In this document: in pieces, positions 15,605 through 24,753 of the stretch
Layout of the letters: the number at the start of each line of letters is the position of its first letter
Position numbering within the stretch: position 1 is the stretch's first letter
Virus record (IMG/VR): IMGVR_UViG_3300025015_000009
Location: 128,001-192,000 of that record
DNA length: 64,000 bases
DNA from: a virus
Lineage: Duplodnaviria > Heunggongvirae > Uroviricota > Caudoviricetes
Direction: 5' to 3' (one strand)
Made by a program: the position numbers and the translations under genes
The notes under the pieces: model-generated
What the model was told of the DNA's origin: nothing
What the model saw: only the letters and a program-made list of their open reading frames with translations
Database searches by the model: none

Positions 15605-16836
15605 AGTATCTCCTTAATATCCTGGTCCAGTGAGTCCTCCCAGACGTAATATGTTACTATACCTCGGGTCTTGTATAGAGCTCGTGCTTTTATGTAATCA
15701 TATGTTAATGCGTCTGTTGCTGACTTTTTTCGTCCGCGCGGCGGTTGCCAGGTGTTCCACTTAACTGAATCCCAGACTGGGTTTGCATGCCAGGCGTTAG
15801 ATTGGTATTCTATAGTAATTCCACTAGACGGTATAGTCAGATCGTAGTAATAGTAGTTTTTCGTATCAGGATCTAGTACTACGTACTCAGATTGGTCAAA
15901 GTAATACTTTACGTTCAATGAGTTTAAGTACGTTATAATAGGGGAGAGGTTCTTTTTTGAGATCTTACTTGCTCCCATTGATCGCGTAATTCCATTTGCA
16001 GCCAATGTTTCTTTTTGTTTTACATGGGCATTCTGCTCAACCGTCAACCCATTCGAAAGTACAGTAGTTAGTCTTGCGTTAGCTTGCTGTTGGAATCCGT
16101 TGCGGCCAAACTTGTCAACGTTTGCCATATGGGTTGCTCGTGTTTTCGCGCCCAATCGATCGTATCCGCGTTTTCCGTTCTCATCTACAGTAGACAATGT
16201 TTTCTTAGCTTGTATCACGCCAAGTGCGTGTACGGTTAGTCCAGACGCAACATCAATCTTATGTATTCCGGCTTTAATATTCTCGCTTCGTTTAGTACAA
16301 CTGCGCTGTTTAAGTGGATAATCAGATATTTGCATATCTAAGATCGAGGTAATGTAATCTGACTTAATTGTGTTCATTCGAACGTTGCTTATCGGGCAAA
16401 CAACATAATCATATCCCTCTACTTTGCCCTCTTCATACAAATGCTTGTTTCGTTTTTTATTTCTACGAATCCATTCTTCTAATTTACTCGGCTTAACTGT
16501 GACTAGTCGGTCACGTGCGTGTTTCTCCGCAAGTCTTTCTTGTTTCTTATCAAAACGCAATTTATCTTGGATCAACAGACTGTATCCTCTGAACAAATTA
16601 ATAAATCGTGCTGGGTTACCAAATGCGTTTAGTGTCTGACAAGATATATCGTGAGTAACACAATACAATCGTTCAGTAAATTTCGCCGAATCAGGCAAGA
16701 ACCTGGTTGCAGCTAATATGTCAGTAACTAATTGTGGGTTCTTGACTAACAAGTGTCTGCCTAGATTAACGCAGTTCCCGTTAGTAGAAATTAGTTGGGT
16801 TAATATTGAGGTTAACTCAGAATTCGTGTGCATCAT
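15571..16836 (-). CDS. Free-standing homing endonuclease (Vsr/PD-(D/E)xK-like) between the split-intein halves
   Basis: YYYDL...IEYQSNAWHANP...VWE motif; overlaps both flanking genes. Confidence 0.8.
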   Translation of the reverse strand: MMHTNSELTSILTQLISTNGNCVNLGRHLLVKNPQLVTDILAATRFLPDSAKFTERLYCVTHDISCQTLNAFGNPARFINLFRGYSLLIQDKLRFDKKQERLAEKHARDRLVTVKPSKLEEWIRRNKKRNKHLYEEGKVEGYDYVVCPISNVRMNTIKSDYITSILDMQISDYPLKQRSCTKRSENIKAGIHKIDVASGLTVHALGVIQAKKTLSTVDENGKRGYDRLGAKTRATHMANVDKFGRNGFQQQANARLTTVLSNGLTVEQNAHVKQKETLAANGITRSMGASKISKKNLSPIITYLNSLNVKYYFDQSEYVVLDPDTKNYYYYDLTIPSSGITIEYQSNAWHANPVWDSVKWNTWQPPRGRKKSATDALTYDYIKARALYKTRGIVTYYVWEDSLDQDIKEILCLLQTINMKS

Positions 16837-17477
16837 GCAAGCTCGTCAGTTAGAAACGTAGTCGGGTTATACAATCTAGTATATAAGTCCTTCAACGAGA
16901 TCTCTTCTTCTACCAATGTTTCTTTGTCGCGGATTCGAACAGTTGTTTCACCTGCTAAACAATATAACAGAGTAATAGACAGTCCGCGTCCAGTTGTCTC
17001 TGTGGTTGCCTGAGCTATAATTCTAGACCCATTGTCGAACTCGATCGAACCTTTATTATAGGTTGTGCTGCCTGCACGGATATGATTCGGACATAACTCG
17101 TATGCATATCTGATTCTATGCATAATTTCTTGTGCTCCTGACGCCTTGTGTGCGGCCACTAAAATCGTGCTGTCAGGTACAAACATTGCATACCATAGTA
17201 AATATCCTGCTGCTGAGACCGATTTCCCCATTTGTCTCGATAGCATAGACACACTAAACCGATAATTATGATACGTGTCTATTAACCCTTTTTGATACTC
17301 ATACGGTTTGTACAACATCTGACCTTTAACTGGGTGTTGTATATAAAAGTAATTGCTCATAAAATACTCAGGACCGGTCTTCCAGTCAAGACATCGAGCG
17401 ATATCCATTATCTGTTTTTCGGTAAACGACTCTTGTTGATGCGGTCGCTTAACCAGTATCTGGTCGTTAGCTGCCAT
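16833..17477 (-). CDS. gp17: Terminase large subunit N-terminal part, ending in a 42-aa N-intein
   Basis: YQK Q-motif, Walker A SRQMGKS, GRGLSITLLY then intein block A CLAGETTV. Confidence 0.92.
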   Translation of the reverse strand: MAANDQILVKRPHQQESFTEKQIMDIARCLDWKTGPEYFMSNYFYIQHPVKGQMLYKPYEYQKGLIDTYHNYRFSVSMLSRQMGKSVSAAGYLLWYAMFVPDSTILVAAHKASGAQEIMHRIRYAYELCPNHIRAGSTTYNKGSIEFDNGSRIIAQATTETTGRGLSITLLYCLAGETTVRIRDKETLVEEEISLKDLYTRLYNPTTFLTDELA

Positions 17478-17950
17478 TATTTGTCTATGCTGTTATATGT
17501 TTGCTCAAACTCAGCTTTAGCAATTCGATAGTAATACGTCCCGTCGGGCTCTTTAACTAAGTAATCGTTCGGTTTAAGTATCATTTGCTCTCCCCAGGAT
17601 GCCAAGAAACTCACAGGAGCTTCTCCTGTATATCTAGCAACTGCTCGAGGTGTTTGATCATTTGTCACTGTGCTACCAATCTCGCCCAAATATAATTTCG
17701 GAAACTTATCTTTTCTTAGCACATAGCGTTCATTGCTTATGCCACTCATAATAATGTCGCCCACATCTGCTACATTCTCAGTTTCTTTGCCGTCTGTTGT
17801 GTACGTTACAACGGATTGCTGCTTGTTAGACACGGTATACGACAGTGGAACTAAATCATCCTGTTCTTGAACAAACCGGTATTGCAGTAGTTTCTTGCTA
17901 ACGCGGACAAACTGCATTGACTCGGCGATTACATTTATATTTGTTGTCAT
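17477..17950 (-). CDS. Hypothetical protein with duplicated PGDYG-like motif
   Basis: VGDII..ERY...F..LY and PNDYLV..YY....FEQTY. Confidence 0.55.
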   Translation of the reverse strand: MTTNINVIAESMQFVRVSKKLLQYRFVQEQDDLVPLSYTVSNKQQSVVTYTTDGKETENVADVGDIIMSGISNERYVLRKDKFPKLYLGEIGSTVTNDQTPRAVARYTGEAPVSFLASWGEQMILKPNDYLVKEPDGTYYYRIAKAEFEQTYNSIDK

Positions 17951-18159
17951 ACTAAACCTTTCTTTGGTTGCACTGCATACTTCTGCTCGATGAGTGATTG
18001 TGGAGGTACAAGATTGGCTCTACCTAATAAGTCCAGTGTCACGTCTAATCCGGCTTCTGTCTTAACAAGTGCTAAATCTGCAGGATCAATGTACGCATCT
18101 CCATCTCCTGATTCACCAGGCAGCACAAAATTTGCACTTGTTATTCTAAATTGCTTCAT
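17947..18159 (-). CDS. Hypothetical protein
   Basis: Coupled ORF with a late promoter. Confidence 0.65.
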   Translation of the reverse strand: MKQFRITSANFVLPGESGDGDAYIDPADLALVKTEAGLDVTLDLLGRANLVPPQSLIEQKYAVQPKKGLV

Positions 18160-18166
18160 TTAATAT

Positions 18167-18709
18167 TTATTGTAGAACCGGATGCCCAAATACAATTTCT
18201 TGTATTACTGTGCCGTTTGGTAACTCTCGGGTATACTTCCCCGAGTTGTCTAGTAATGTTAAATTTGAATCAGGGAACAGCGCAAGCAACACAGCTCTAT
18301 CAGTAACAGGAGCAATACCCATTCTCGACAATGTCGTTGCCAGGGCGCCCGAACTCTCTACCCACCACCCCGTTTTGCGTAATTGTGCCGAAAGGTGATG
18401 TAATACGTGTTTCTTGCTTTTTGGATGTTGATTATGTCCAACACCCTGGATCTTTGTCCCTACCCAAGTTTCGTCTGGTCTATTGTTTCTGTAAAAAATA
18501 GCACAGTCGTACTTAGAGTCGTTGTTCCAATCTAATACTAACCAATCACTACGATGAACATCGTTCAATGTATTGACAAACGACCCTAGGTTGGTAAAGC
18601 TGTATGCTGACTGCACTAGCTTAATTAGCTCGTCGCCCCAGTGGGTCCCACTGGGACCCAGTGGGACCCACTGGGTCAGCTCAGAATACTCAAACTCGTA
18701 TAATCGCAC
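18167..18709 (-). CDS. Hypothetical protein with capsid-targeting-like N-terminus
   Basis: MRLYEFE start (GTG), GAGG RBS. Confidence 0.6.
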   Translation of the reverse strand: MRLYEFEYSELTQWVPLGPSGTHWGDELIKLVQSAYSFTNLGSFVNTLNDVHRSDWLVLDWNNDSKYDCAIFYRNNRPDETWVGTKIQGVGHNQHPKSKKHVLHHLSAQLRKTGWWVESSGALATTLSRMGIAPVTDRAVLLALFPDSNLTLLDNSGKYTRELPNGTVIQEIVFGHPVLQ

Positions 18710-18733
18710 AATAACCTCTTATGAATGATAGCA

Positions 18734-19057
18734 TTATCTGATATCCTGTAGTTCTATTTCTCGTTTTAACTGGTGTGATTCTTTGAGTCGTCGGAGATAC
18801 CGGTTGTGCATTGCTTCTTCAACTGGCGTTAGTTTCATACCAGCTTCTTTCTTTGCATCTAACTTAAATAGTTCATCCTCGAGCGCCTCTGTTCTAGACT
18901 GCACTATCTGAGACGCGAACTGCCGTTGGATAGACTTCACATCAGCTGCTGACGCATAATGAGAATCGATCCCCCACAACCCGCCTAAGATCACCATCAC
19001 TGTTGTAATAACAGATCCGGCAACCTTTAGGTTAGAAATATTTAAATCAATCTGCAC
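18734..19057 (-). CDS. Single-pass membrane/coiled-coil protein
   Basis: Hydrophobic residues ~12-31 followed by a helical region. Confidence 0.6.
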   Translation of the reverse strand: MQIDLNISNLKVAGSVITTVMVILGGLWGIDSHYASAADVKSIQRQFASQIVQSRTEALEDELFKLDAKKEAGMKLTPVEEAMHNRYLRRLKESHQLKREIELQDIR

Positions 19058-19058
19058 G

Positions 19059-21881
19059 TTAGTATCGCGTTCCTTTTACACGACGAACATGATCTCCGTC
19101 ATCTTTGTCGTTACGGGCCACTTTTTCTTTTGCTGCTGGTGCTTTAGCAGCATCCTTCTGGTCGGCGGTTTTAACTAGCTTTTTATCTTTTGCATCTTCA
19201 GCTTTGCCTTCGGTTACTGGAGCAGACGACACTAGCTCAATTGCGCTATTTAGATATTTCATTGCAGTTACATGATCATTAACATCGGCGTACTCAGCTG
19301 CCTTCATTGCTAATGCATACGATCTACGCTCTTGTTTTGTCATGTACGACTTCTCGTCGTACAAAGAGCCCAACTCATCTAATAAACCGTTACAATGTAC
19401 TCTATCTCCGTGTATTGCTTCTTTGAATATAGTCAATAAGTACTCTGCATAAGAATCATCAGTTGCATCTTCTACTTCCTGGAGTCGACTGTTCCTGTCC
19501 AATCGTTTGCCTGCTGCATTATATGTGTTACTCACCTTGTCTCTTGCGGCATCTGCTGCTGCGCCTGTTCGAGCAAACGACGCTGCTGTTTGTCCAGCAA
19601 CGCTTGCACTATCCTGTGCAGTTCGGTTATTTGCTTGCCTTTTAGTAATCAGGCTACGTACTGTTTCGTCGGAAACCTCGTTTACTGACCCCGCTTTTGC
19701 ACGTAATCTATAACCACAATGATTTTCAGAATCATACCACGCAACTGGTTTCCCACGTAACGTATATATCGAAACTGGGAAAGCTTGGTCATCAATTGCA
19801 TCATATGTAACTTTGTTTTCAAACTCAGGTTGAGCCGAACTATCATTATGGCGATTACCCTGAGTAAAACAATCAATATCATAGCCCTCGGTTAACTCTT
19901 CGTCGTCTTTTTGTTTTGATCCGCCGTACTTACTTCCTTTTACTTGACGGGTAGCCGCTGCTGGCTTCTTGTCTTTTCCGAATTTAAACTTATCTGCATC
20001 AGCTTGCCGTTTTGCTTCTTGGGCATCTCTGAAGTCGTCGATCTTACCTTCTTTTGTAATCGACTTCTTTCCACTGTTGTTCCTAAGTGCTGCTCTTGAT
20101 GCATCGGCTTTCTGTTCTTTTGCCCAGAACTCTTTATCTTTTTTATCAGCATCTACTTTTTCTTTAGCAGACAGTTTCTTTGCTTCGTTAACAAACCTGT
20201 TGAACTTACCCCACATCTTGCTTTCCATCGGATTGTCGCCTTTTGCTGCTGCATTCGGGTGTTGTTTCTTAGGTCTGTTTAGATCATCGCCTGCATCTAA
20301 CAACGAATCTAACGTAGCATATTTCTCTTTTGGTCCATTTGCGTAATCTGTTTTATCGTCGTTCACCTTAGGTACATTAGGCAGTTTTGCTTCGTAGACT
20401 GAAGAAAAGTCATCTGAGTTTACTGAGGTAAACGGTGACGTTTGTCCTGGGGTGACTGCGAATGTCGCACAAGATTCTTGTGTCCCCATTCCACTTAGCT
20501 TCCTCAGGATATCTAGTGCATCCTCGTCTGTTGCTGTAATAGAAACGCTAACCGACTCGTTGATAGGAGTGGCTCTTCTTGCACTTCTGCTTTCTGCAAA
20601 ATCAAGTTCGCCGTAACCTTTCGAATTCTTTATTCTATTTAGAACTCCAGTTGACTTAGGAGCCTTACCTGCTGTTTCAGCGGCGGCTCGATTCTTGTAA
20701 GCGGAGATCCGGTTTCCTATTTTCCCACCTAGGTACGATCCGGCGGCGAGCCCGCCTGCAATACCAGCCGTAACGCCAAAATCTTCATCAAGATTGTATT
20801 CATTCTTATCTGCATCTCTTTCAGCATAGTAGTGCCCACCTGCATCGTATGCTCCGTTCGGATCTACTTGCCCTTTAGCATTGTACCACTCATCTGTGCT
20901 TTCATAAAAACGTCGATCATCTTCTTTATCTTCGTCGTAGTCGTCATCGTTTGTAGATGCGCCCTCAACACCCGAACCATGACACGACTGGCAAACAGTA
21001 CCGTCGTATTGGCCTTCTCCAGACCCGCTGCAGACAGGGCAAAGGTCGTCGTTGTCTTCTTGCATTATATCACGATTGTAATCGTTTTTATCTGCATCTC
21101 TATCAGCAAAATAATGGCCACCTGCATCGTATGCTCCATCTGGGTCTACTTGCCCGTTTTCATCATACCAGTCGTCTGCGTTATTACTAAGATGGTCGTC
21201 TACTAACTCACTCCATGCTGTTTTCTTAACACCGTTAGCATTTTCTTCTAAATCAGGAACCTTCATTAAGTTGTTGACGTCATCTTTTGGCAGCGAAGAT
21301 CTTGCTGTCTTGCGACCAAACCCAATTCTAACTTCTTCTCCGTCTACACTACTAATATACGGATCAGCAGTAATTGTTAAATCGTTTTTCAGTGCATTGA
21401 TAATTACCTTTGCTGTGCTCCTGCCAATGGCAACTAACCCATCTTCAAAGAAGAAATCGTACCCCTCATCTAACCCCAGACCAAGCAAGACATCAGATAT
21501 TGCTTCGTTGCTTACCTCAGCAACAGAAGGTATGTCGTTTCCTTTTTCTACTAGAACCGCATCGTCATCATCTGGCGTTGGGTCAACACTGTCTTCACCT
21601 AGACTCGGCATACGTGGCCCCTGACTATGCAATTCACGGTACAGTTTGTCAGCCACCCACTCCATTGGATCGCCTGTTCGTGCTTTTGCTGTTCCATACG
21701 GCATCTCACCATTCAACGAATAGTAATCATACAACGCATCATACAGATTGCTATCTAACTCTTCTCCTGACTCAAACTGTTTTACTTCATACTTAAATCT
21801 GCCTAAGATGTGATCTAATGTCTCACTTGCAGATTCCTTCAATGTCATAATGCTAAGTAGATTCTTCATTGTGTTGTTCAT
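19059..21881 (-). CDS. Large acidic mosaic protein, probable internal head polyprotein
   Basis: 940 aa; internal ~34-aa repeat, CxxCxGxG pair, many hydrophobic-x-E sites. Confidence 0.6.
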   Translation of the reverse strand: MNNTMKNLLSIMTLKESASETLDHILGRFKYEVKQFESGEELDSNLYDALYDYYSLNGEMPYGTAKARTGDPMEWVADKLYRELHSQGPRMPSLGEDSVDPTPDDDDAVLVEKGNDIPSVAEVSNEAISDVLLGLGLDEGYDFFFEDGLVAIGRSTAKVIINALKNDLTITADPYISSVDGEEVRIGFGRKTARSSLPKDDVNNLMKVPDLEENANGVKKTAWSELVDDHLSNNADDWYDENGQVDPDGAYDAGGHYFADRDADKNDYNRDIMQEDNDDLCPVCSGSGEGQYDGTVCQSCHGSGVEGASTNDDDYDEDKEDDRRFYESTDEWYNAKGQVDPNGAYDAGGHYYAERDADKNEYNLDEDFGVTAGIAGGLAAGSYLGGKIGNRISAYKNRAAAETAGKAPKSTGVLNRIKNSKGYGELDFAESRSARRATPINESVSVSITATDEDALDILRKLSGMGTQESCATFAVTPGQTSPFTSVNSDDFSSVYEAKLPNVPKVNDDKTDYANGPKEKYATLDSLLDAGDDLNRPKKQHPNAAAKGDNPMESKMWGKFNRFVNEAKKLSAKEKVDADKKDKEFWAKEQKADASRAALRNNSGKKSITKEGKIDDFRDAQEAKRQADADKFKFGKDKKPAAATRQVKGSKYGGSKQKDDEELTEGYDIDCFTQGNRHNDSSAQPEFENKVTYDAIDDQAFPVSIYTLRGKPVAWYDSENHCGYRLRAKAGSVNEVSDETVRSLITKRQANNRTAQDSASVAGQTAASFARTGAAADAARDKVSNTYNAAGKRLDRNSRLQEVEDATDDSYAEYLLTIFKEAIHGDRVHCNGLLDELGSLYDEKSYMTKQERRSYALAMKAAEYADVNDHVTAMKYLNSAIELVSSAPVTEGKAEDAKDKKLVKTADQKDAAKAPAAKEKVARNDKDDGDHVRRVKGTRY

Positions 21882-22462
21882 TTGTTGCTCCCTGTCTTTG
21901 GTAATGGTGGTCTCGCTGTTTTGTTACTCCCCACTGGGCTTGTATTGCCCACTGAGTCCTCTTTTGTTGTTTTTGCAGTAGGTACGTTCCCTGCAAATTC
22001 ATGTTGTTTACTAGTTAATGATTTTAAGAAAGGTTCGTTATATTTTTCACCGTACAGTGAACTATTGTCGTCGGCGTCGTTCGTGCTATTTAATAGGGCA
22101 TCTTTAGCAGCTGGGTGACCGTACATTGATTCAGCCCCTCCGCCTCTGTTCACTACGAATATGTTTCTGCTGGGAACCTTTAGACCGGCTCGAACAACAG
22201 TGTCGTATACCTGGGTTGCATTGCACGGATATTCTAAGTCGATTTCAATCGAAGTTAACTCAACCGGACCGAGCCCTGGGAAGAACTCATGCTCTCTTGT
22301 TGGAGTTGATGCTGGTTTAGATGTGTTCTCTAAGTTGTATTTTTGCAAACAACTCTCTAACTTATCAAGTTGATCAGATGTTAGCTCGGCATTTGCAAAC
22401 CACAGCTTAAAGCTAAAAGTTTTTTTACTGTCTTGCAAAAAATCTTTAAACGTTTTAGTCAT
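21878..22462 (-). CDS. Hypothetical late protein
   Basis: MTKTFKDFLQD N-terminus; GATAAATA upstream. Confidence 0.65.
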   Translation of the reverse strand: MTKTFKDFLQDSKKTFSFKLWFANAELTSDQLDKLESCLQKYNLENTSKPASTPTREHEFFPGLGPVELTSIEIDLEYPCNATQVYDTVVRAGLKVPSRNIFVVNRGGGAESMYGHPAAKDALLNSTNDADDNSSLYGEKYNEPFLKSLTSKQHEFAGNVPTAKTTKEDSVGNTSPVGSNKTARPPLPKTGSNK

Positions 22463-22497
22463 TGTTATAGAACCTTATTTGTAATATTTATCAGAAA

Positions 22498-22980
22498 CTA
22501 CGTTTTATTAGCAAGTATCATTTTTAACAACTCGTTCCTATCTAGTACCATTCCGGTGCCTTCGATCGTATCACTTGTATCTTTACCACTCTCTTGCTTG
22601 TCGATCTTAAGCTTCTTAAGCTGTAAGTCGATCATACGCAACTTCTTGTCAATCTTTGCAGTCTTGGCCGTTACAGCGTGCCCCAGTATAGTAGACGCTG
22701 ATTGTAAAATTGCTCCAGTGAATCTAGGCTCGACGTTCATAGACAGTTCTATTAAATTGTTAAACGTGTCGGTTGCAAGAGTAGCAATATCATCCATTTC
22801 TTTGTCGCTTGCTTCTAGGTCTCTGACCATCGGTAGTGCAGCATCAATTAGGTCTATTGTCGAGTTAATCTGCTGAATAGTGTCAACTGCGTCGTCATCT
22901 GACATCAATTCAGTTTCAACAACTTCTTCTTTTGTGGTCGAAATCGGTTTTAAGTTAAGTATTTCTTCTAATTTGTTCAT
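22498..22980 (-). CDS. gp16: Terminase small subunit, T4 gp16-like (start MNKLEE)
   Basis: Helical hairpin MNVEPRF, coiled coil KKLRMIDLQLKK, C-terminal DRNELLKMI. Confidence 0.65.
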   Translation of the reverse strand: MNKLEEILNLKPISTTKEEVVETELMSDDDAVDTIQQINSTIDLIDAALPMVRDLEASDKEMDDIATLATDTFNNLIELSMNVEPRFTGAILQSASTILGHAVTAKTAKIDKKLRMIDLQLKKLKIDKQESGKDTSDTIEGTGMVLDRNELLKMILANKT

Positions 22981-23007
22981 AATGTATTTATTACCTATAA
23001 ATACTGT

Positions 23008-23898
23008 ATGATAACATTCACCACTGGACAAAATAACTATCAACAAGTAGATTACGACCCAACACTAAACACATTAACTGCAACATTCACTGACCAACCC
23101 ATCTTCGAATGCAACTCGTTGCGAGAGTCGTTGCAAAACGACGTTAGACAACTGGGCAACAAAAAAATAGCAGTGTTGTTCAGTGGGGGAATGGATAGTG
23201 AAGTAGTGTTAGAGGTGTGTCGCGACATTAAAGCAGACTTCTACGCAGTATTTGTACTATATACATATAAGAACATGCCAGTTAACACTCATGAATTATA
23301 CCACGTTGAAAAGTATTGTAGAGAAAACAACACGCCGTTGAAGACAATAGAGCTAGACTTAGAACGGTTCATTGAGGGGGGTGAATATTTAACGTATGCA
23401 AAGAAGTATTACTGCGACATTGCTGGAATAACTCCTATCCTTTACGCAATTGATCAAGTTGACGAATGTGTAATTCTTGGTGGGGATGCCCCACATATCA
23501 GTGACGGTCGCTTTCATTCTCCGCTACTGGGCCAGGTGAGCATTGAGCGATTATTTGCAATGAATGCTAGAGAAGGGATTCCGAATTTTCTCACAAATAG
23601 TTTAACATCGATGTGTTGTTGCTTACGGATATGGAAAACTAGTCCGTTCTTACCTTCTTCCTGGAAACAAATGATCCCTGGCGGCAAACAAGTCTTTACA
23701 CGATGGGCATATACAACAACAAAGCATAATATGTATACTGTTGGTGGTTTTACCGAACTAAAAATAAAGCCTAAGTACTCATCTCCGTTTGCATTGTTAT
23801 CAGATATACCTGTTTACATCACACAACAGCCGATTTATCTTTTTCCACCATATATAACCACAGTTATACCTTGTAACGAGATGTTAACTATGCTATAA
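23008..23898 (+). CDS. PP-loop ATP pyrophosphatase, asparagine synthase-like C domain
   Basis: AVLFSGGMDSE and VILGGD motifs. Confidence 0.75.
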   Translation: MITFTTGQNNYQQVDYDPTLNTLTATFTDQPIFECNSLRESLQNDVRQLGNKKIAVLFSGGMDSEVVLEVCRDIKADFYAVFVLYTYKNMPVNTHELYHVEKYCRENNTPLKTIELDLERFIEGGEYLTYAKKYYCDIAGITPILYAIDQVDECVILGGDAPHISDGRFHSPLLGQVSIERLFAMNAREGIPNFLTNSLTSMCCCLRIWKTSPFLPSSWKQMIPGGKQVFTRWAYTTTKHNMYTVGGFTELKIKPKYSSPFALLSDIPVYITQQPIYLFPPYITTVIPCNEMLTML

Positions 23899-24750
23899 CC
23901 CAGTTGCAGAAGTGAGCATATTGTTTGTTGACTCATGTGAGTATCTAAACAATGTATCAAACGGTGCTTTGATACTAGGATATAATCTACAGAACTCGTT
24001 CTTCACATGTTCAAATCCTGTATACTTCTGTTCTTGCGGTATAACAGTAAAGCCATTTCTTTTATAGATGTCGCATTTTATATCATATAATTGAGCAGAT
24101 GTATGCTCTTCATTAAATGAACGATAAAGTGCCCAGAACAACTCGGGCATATACCAAAAAAAACAACCTATTATTGAAACGTTATGTTTTTTAGCAAATC
24201 TCTCCCAGGCGAGCAACGTAAAGTTATTAATTCCTTCTAACTTTTCTCCGTGTCGGATAACAGGATTAGCAGAGGCAAGAATAAGATTCGTGTCTGATTT
24301 AATCTGATCATATAGCCATAAATGAGCTGCAATCTGCGGGCTACTATTTCTGTACTGAGAAATATAAGTTAGGTACGTTCCGGTAGAATAAAAACGAATA
24401 ATATCTATATCTATGTAATTAATTTTCACATGTAAGCGCGATGCAATATCGGCGGCCGTTTTTAAATCATGGCTATTTAAGTTATTATTAAACCGTAACG
24501 AATACACAGACAGCGGAACACCAGAATGATGTGCTGCAAGTAACACTGCTTGACTATCTACTCCGCCACTCAATGTTACTGCTAACGATCTATTATATGT
24601 TTCATACAAATACTTACATTGATTAATTGCTAACGAGAAGCCAGTTACTGTGCTCTCACGCCGCTCGCCGAAGTCATAGTGTATCGCTCTATTGTTACTA
24701 GTATCTATCTTAAAATTAATCCATTCTTGATAAAACGGAGTTACGTACAT
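23893..24750 (-). CDS. Second PP-loop ATP pyrophosphatase-like protein
   Basis: AVTLSGGVDSQ, SPQIAAH and KYTGFE motifs. Confidence 0.75.
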   Translation of the reverse strand: MYVTPFYQEWINFKIDTSNNRAIHYDFGERRESTVTGFSLAINQCKYLYETYNRSLAVTLSGGVDSQAVLLAAHHSGVPLSVYSLRFNNNLNSHDLKTAADIASRLHVKINYIDIDIIRFYSTGTYLTYISQYRNSSPQIAAHLWLYDQIKSDTNLILASANPVIRHGEKLEGINNFTLLAWERFAKKHNVSIIGCFFWYMPELFWALYRSFNEEHTSAQLYDIKCDIYKRNGFTVIPQEQKYTGFEHVKNEFCRLYPSIKAPFDTLFRYSHESTNNMLTSATGL

Positions 24751-24753
24751 AAG

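Noticed and set aside
15571-16836. Group I intron interrupting terL
   Set aside because: The ORFs overlap with no room for a ribozyme core, and the intein motifs explain the split.
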